64,000 nucleotides of DNA from Candidatus Krumholzibacteriales bacterium (GTDB lineage: Bacteria > Krumholzibacteriota > Krumholzibacteriia > Krumholzibacteriales > WJIX01). The stretch is taken from positions 1 to 64,000 of the forward strand of contig JAWODM010000066.1 in assembly GCA_046483305.1 (NCBI GenBank), written 5' to 3'. Positions 59,789-64,000 of the stretch are shown piece by piece. Every line of letters begins with the position of its first letter. The first letter of the stretch is position 1. The position numbers and the translations under genes were made by a program. The notes beneath the pieces are model-generated. The model saw only the letters and a program-made list of their open reading frames with translations, had not been told where the DNA came from and searched no databases.

Positions 59789-60899
59789 TATTTATATTAT
59801 AATTACGGCCCTGACAGCGCTGGCCCTGTCGCCACCGGCCGCCGCCGAGAGCCCCAGCGAACTGGTAAAAAAGGGGAACAGTAGTTTCAGGGATGGGAAT
59901 TACCGGGAGGCAATCGGATTCTATGACAGGGCCTCGGTGAAGGAACCGGAATCTCCGGTAATATTCTTCAACCGCGGCGACGCACTGTATAAGAAAGGCG
60001 AGTTTAAGAAGGCTGCCGATCAATTCATGAAGACAGCCAGCAGTACTAAAGACCTGCGGCTGGAGGCCAGGGCCTGGTACAATATGGGAAACAGCTCCGT
60101 TATGCTGGGGCGAAGGCAGTCCGACAGCGACATGAAAAAGGCTCTGGAGCATTACCGCGAAAGTGTAAGCCGCTACCAGACAGCCCTGAAGAAGGATTCG
60201 ACCCTTCATGACGCGGCGGTAAACATGGAAATCGCCAGGATACTGATAAAGGACCTCCTGGATAAGATAAAAAAGCAACAGGAGATGAACAGGAAAAGGC
60301 AGGAGCAGGTCAGGGAAATAGTAGATTCGCTGCTTTCAATAGCAAAACGGCAGGACAAAGCCGGCAAAGAGGCTTCCGCTGCAGCCCGGAACAGGGAAGA
60401 GAACAGAAGCGGATGGAAGGGAAAAACCGGGCAGGCCGGAGAGGACCAGAAAGAGATAGAGAACAAAACCGGGGAGGTTAAGGAAAAAATGGGCGATATC
60501 CCGGGGGCTCAGCAGGCCCCTTCCGTCCAGCAGGCCATCTCTCATGTCGACTCGTCGCTAACTTCTCAGGATAAGGCTTTAGAGGAGCTGGAACAGATGT
60601 CGCCGGGACAGGCGAAACAGCACCAGGATGAATCGCTGGAGCAGATTATGAAAGCTGTGGCCGCGCTGACCGAAAACAACAATCAGGGACAGCAACAGCA
60701 GGATCAGTCCGGAAATCAGGATCAGAAGCAGCAGAACGATCAGCAGAACAGGGAGCCCCGGCAGAATCAGCAGAGGGAGAAGGCGGACAGAAATGAGACT
60801 GCTCAACAGATCCTGGCCGAAGAGAAACAGAACCGGGAGAAGAGAAGGAAGATGAGACAGCGGTCCTCCGGTTACAGGCCGGTCGAGAAAGACTGGTAG
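59769..60899 (+). CDS. batC: BatC-like TPR protein
   Basis: Signal peptide, TPR (AWYNMGN), Gln-rich linker, C-terminal EKDW. Confidence 0.82.
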   Translation: MRTGKFDIYIIITALTALALSPPAAAESPSELVKKGNSSFRDGNYREAIGFYDRASVKEPESPVIFFNRGDALYKKGEFKKAADQFMKTASSTKDLRLEARAWYNMGNSSVMLGRRQSDSDMKKALEHYRESVSRYQTALKKDSTLHDAAVNMEIARILIKDLLDKIKKQQEMNRKRQEQVREIVDSLLSIAKRQDKAGKEASAAARNREENRSGWKGKTGQAGEDQKEIENKTGEVKEKMGDIPGAQQAPSVQQAISHVDSSLTSQDKALEELEQMSPGQAKQHQDESLEQIMKAVAALTENNNQGQQQQDQSGNQDQKQQNDQQNREPRQNQQREKADRNETAQQILAEEKQNREKRRKMRQRSSGYRPVEKDW

Positions 60900-60905
60900 T
60901 ATACT

Positions 60906-62771
60906 ATGAAAACTGAAATTAAAATATTCCTGGCATCGGCAGCCGCCCTGGCCCTCATTCCGTTATTGGCCGGGCAGAGCCCTCTGGCATCCGAACAGAT
61001 TCTGGCCAGAGTGACAGTGGAATCCAACGAAGTCTATGTCGGGGAACCTTTCCTGATGCGAATAACCATAATCGGTTCGACAGAAGCAGAGAGGCCGGAC
61101 CTTTCCGGGCTGGAAGGGTTCGATGTAAAATTTCAGGGAGAAGCCAACAACAGCAGCCATTCGGTATCGATAATCAACGGAAAAGTAACCAGGAACGTCA
61201 AGAGAGAATACATTTACAACTACCAGCTGACACCGGTGAGATCGGGAGTTCTGGAAATCCCCTCCATACCGGTAAAGGCGGAGGACAGGACACTGCAGTC
61301 AAATTCGGTCAGAATAAGGGTAAAGGAGCCCGAGGAAACCGAAGATTTCAAGCTCAGACTCAGGCTTTCGCAGAATGAATGCTATGCCGGCGAACCGGTA
61401 CTGCTTACCGTCACCTGGTACCTCAGAAAGGATATCCGAAGTTTTGAGTTTACCGCTCCCTTCCTGGAAACGGAGAAATTCGAGGTGGAGGAACCGGAAG
61501 TAGAGCTTGATAACAGAAAACAGTACTTCAGGGTTCCGGTCGCAGGTTACGAATTTATCGCCGAGAAGGGCAGGGATACCCTGGCGGCAAAAAGTTACGC
61601 AACCCTGAGTTTTTCTGTGGCGATAACCCCCACAGAGCCGGGGTTGTTTGTCATACCGGAATTCATTGTGGCCTGCGAGACAGGCAGCTCGATAAGAGAC
61701 CGTTTCTTCGAGGACTTTTTCTCCGAAGGATTCCAGTCCGGAAGGGAAAGAAGCAGAAAGTATGTGATCCCGTCCAACACCCCTACCCTCAAAGTAAAAT
61801 CTCTGCCCCTGGAGGGAAGGCCGGAAGGGTTCGCGGGGCATATCGGAAGATTCAGAATATCAGCGGAGGCGGAGCCGCTGGAGGTGAATATTGGAGATCC
61901 CATCACCCTCCGGGTAACCCTGGAAGGGCCCGAATTCCTTGACAACGTAACTCTCCCCCCCATCTCCGAGATGGAAGGTTTCGCCGAGAATTTCAAGATC
62001 CCCGAAGAGCGCGCAGCGGGAGAGGTAGAGAACGGCAAGAAGGTATTCACTCAGACCATCAGGCCCTTAAGCGCTGATGCGAAGGAGATACCACCTGTCA
62101 GAATAGTATCTTTCGATACCGGAACGGGAAAGTACAGAACGGTGCAGACCGGCCCCATACCGCTGACCGTCAACCCCACCAGAATTGTAAAGGCCAGTGA
62201 CGCAGAGGGAACCTCGCTCAACGGGCAGGTATCCGCGCTGGAGAGCTGGAAGGACGGAATAGCCTACAATTACGAAGGGAGCCAGGTTCTGGCAAGGAAG
62301 GATTACGGATTTTCCGCCGCAATTTCCAGGTGGTGGCACATCCTTATCATTTCGGTTCCCCCCGCCGCTTTTTTCATTATCCTGATATCTGCGGCGCTGG
62401 CCAGAAAAAGCAAATCGGATCCTATGGGGAAACGCTCGCGCAGGGCGTTCAGGGAGCTGAAAAGAAAGTTATCAGCCATAAAAAAATCCGGATCGGAAGG
62501 CCCGGAGGCCTGCGCCGGTATACTGGAGGCCTTCAAGGAGTATTTCGCCTGTAAGCTCTGCCGCCAGACTCTCTCCATGACCACTGACGAGATCGAGCAT
62601 GAACTTCGCCGGAGAGATATAGACAAGGATACGATCGAGCCGCTGAAAGGGCTCATAGAAATATGCGAAGCAGGCACTTACGCCGGGGAAACCCCCGGAA
62701 GCGGCGGAAACCCCCAATCAATTACCCGTGAACTGGAAAAACTGATCCGGAGGATAGAGAAAAAACTTTGA
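60906..62771 (+). CDS. batD: BatD family protein
   Basis: VYVGEPF, SIINGK, LP..GRP..F.G.IG.F, C-terminal TM. Confidence 0.88.
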   Translation: MKTEIKIFLASAAALALIPLLAGQSPLASEQILARVTVESNEVYVGEPFLMRITIIGSTEAERPDLSGLEGFDVKFQGEANNSSHSVSIINGKVTRNVKREYIYNYQLTPVRSGVLEIPSIPVKAEDRTLQSNSVRIRVKEPEETEDFKLRLRLSQNECYAGEPVLLTVTWYLRKDIRSFEFTAPFLETEKFEVEEPEVELDNRKQYFRVPVAGYEFIAEKGRDTLAAKSYATLSFSVAITPTEPGLFVIPEFIVACETGSSIRDRFFEDFFSEGFQSGRERSRKYVIPSNTPTLKVKSLPLEGRPEGFAGHIGRFRISAEAEPLEVNIGDPITLRVTLEGPEFLDNVTLPPISEMEGFAENFKIPEERAAGEVENGKKVFTQTIRPLSADAKEIPPVRIVSFDTGTGKYRTVQTGPIPLTVNPTRIVKASDAEGTSLNGQVSALESWKDGIAYNYEGSQVLARKDYGFSAAISRWWHILIISVPPAAFFIILISAALARKSKSDPMGKRSRRAFRELKRKLSAIKKSGSEGPEACAGILEAFKEYFACKLCRQTLSMTTDEIEHELRRRDIDKDTIEPLKGLIEICEAGTYAGETPGSGGNPQSITRELEKLIRRIEKKL

Positions 62772-63625
62772 GAACTGAGAAGAGAATAAGTAATACTTCG
62801 GCGGTAATAATTTTCGCGGCGGCCGCGTCGATAATACTGATATCAGCAGCCGGGCCAGCCGCCGGACAGCAGCTGACCGCCGAGGAAGCCAGGCAGTACC
62901 TTTCCAGGGCTGAAAAATCATTCAGGGAAGGACTGAGGCTGGATGCTTCCGATCCCGGCGCGTCCGGAGAGAGTTTTCAGAAATCTATCCTCTACTACCG
63001 TGAACTGATCGAGAAAGGAGGCATCCGGAACGGGAAAATCTACTATAATATTGCCAACGCCTATTTTCGAATGGGCGACCTGGGCAGGGCGATACTGAAT
63101 TACAAACGCGCCGCGCTGTACATGCCCAATAATGATAATCTGAAGAGAATCATGGAGTACGCCAGGAGCAGAAGACTGAACAAGATCGAAGCCAGGGAGA
63201 AAGAGAAGATATTCAGGACCCTCTTCTTCCTTCACTACGATCTTCCGTTTGGAGTCAGATTCATGATTTTTTCCGTCGCCTTTGCGCTGGCATGGATCAC
63301 CGCATCGATTATGATATTTTTCAGGAATGGAAAGCTTAAAACAGCGTTAATACTGTTTTCGGCGGTGAGCGCTCTCTTTCTTGCCTCTCTGGCGGTGGAA
63401 ACGGCCTGGGCCCCGGCGGAAAGGGAGGGAGTAATAACGGAAGAAAGTGTGGTGGCAAGAAAAGGTGACGCCAGATCCTATCAGCCCAGTTTTACTGAGC
63501 CGCTGAGAGCGGGAACTGAATTTAACCTTCTGGAAGAGCGGGGCGGATGGTATCATATTGAACTGGTCAACGGAGAGCGATGCTGGATACCTTCAACCAG
63601 CGCGGAACTCGTAATAGAGCACTGA
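62768..63625 (+). CDS. batE: BatE-like TPR/SH3 protein
   Basis: YYNIANAYFRMGDLGRAILNY, two TMs, SH3-like C-terminus. Confidence 0.82.
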   Translation: MRTEKRISNTSAVIIFAAAASIILISAAGPAAGQQLTAEEARQYLSRAEKSFREGLRLDASDPGASGESFQKSILYYRELIEKGGIRNGKIYYNIANAYFRMGDLGRAILNYKRAALYMPNNDNLKRIMEYARSRRLNKIEAREKEKIFRTLFFLHYDLPFGVRFMIFSVAFALAWITASIMIFFRNGKLKTALILFSAVSALFLASLAVETAWAPAEREGVITEESVVARKGDARSYQPSFTEPLRAGTEFNLLEERGGWYHIELVNGERCWIPSTSAELVIEH

Positions 63626-63663
63626 AATTATCAGCACAATACAGCTGAAAGGAGTTTCAGGTG

Positions 63664-64000
63664 ATGAACAGGAATCTTTTTACTCTGGCGGCGGCGCTGG
63701 CAATCTCATCTATTATTCTTTCCGGGCCGGTCCTGGCCGGGGAGAAGGAAATCACTCCCGGCCTGATAGAAGAGCTGAGAAAATCGATCGAGGAAGACCG
63801 GTCCATACAGGCGCTGGTCAACGCAGTTTCCAATAATGACCTGAAAGATCTGGTTTTCAACAACCAGTTCCACAGAGAGCATAACGACCTTTTCAATTTC
63901 AAGATTGAAACCAGCGGAATAACCGACCAGAAACAGAGCGGAAGGTGCTGGTTATTCGCCGGATTCAATGTAATGCGGCCGGAAGTAATGGATAAATTCA
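63664..64000 (+). CDS. pepC: Aminopeptidase C (C1B, bleomycin hydrolase family), 5' part
   Basis: Absent from ORF track; signal peptide then ITDQKQSGRCWLFAG catalytic Cys motif; open to the window end. Confidence 0.88.
   Translation, partial: MNRNLFTLAAALAISSIILSGPVLAGEKEITPGLIEELRKSIEEDRSIQALVNAVSNNDLKDLVFNNQFHREHNDLFNFKIETSGITDQKQSGRCWLFAGFNVMRPEVMDKF

Noticed and set aside
60675..60790. CAG-rich repeat-like stretch
   Set aside because: It encodes the Gln-rich linker typical of BatC-like proteins.

Overview
A 64-kb bacterial chromosomal window, mostly housekeeping and envelope genes. I found no rRNA, tRNA, CRISPR array or transposase. In order: an ABC-2 exporter; a NifS/selenocysteine-lyase-like–SelD fusion; a DUF4236-TPR protein; a tricorn protease; an unannotated FmdB-type zinc-ribbon gene whose in-frame TGA is followed by a SECIS-like hairpin (candidate selenoprotein); and an ArsR regulator. 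Next come two apparently homologous secreted proteins with different C-terminal tails (SWGxVK versus PEP-CTERM) and a sigma-54/PrsKR-controlled exosortase locus. These are followed by an Orp-like sigma-54 module (PAS regulator, NifX-like, two DUF5320, Mrp) and a PLP-enzyme/Lrp/hom/ALDH block that may be catabolic. The remainder holds dapAB, ggt, sppA, arfB, a small accessory stretch, peptide/amino-acid transporters, a MoxR-vWA (Bat) operon and the start of pepC. Two diverged copies of a short inverted-repeat element carry different palindromes at the same internal position. Gene content and the WGxxK tail suggest an anaerobic peptide degrader, possibly Latescibacterota/Krumholzibacteriota-like (inference only). 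All family calls come from motif recognition by eye, not database searches.
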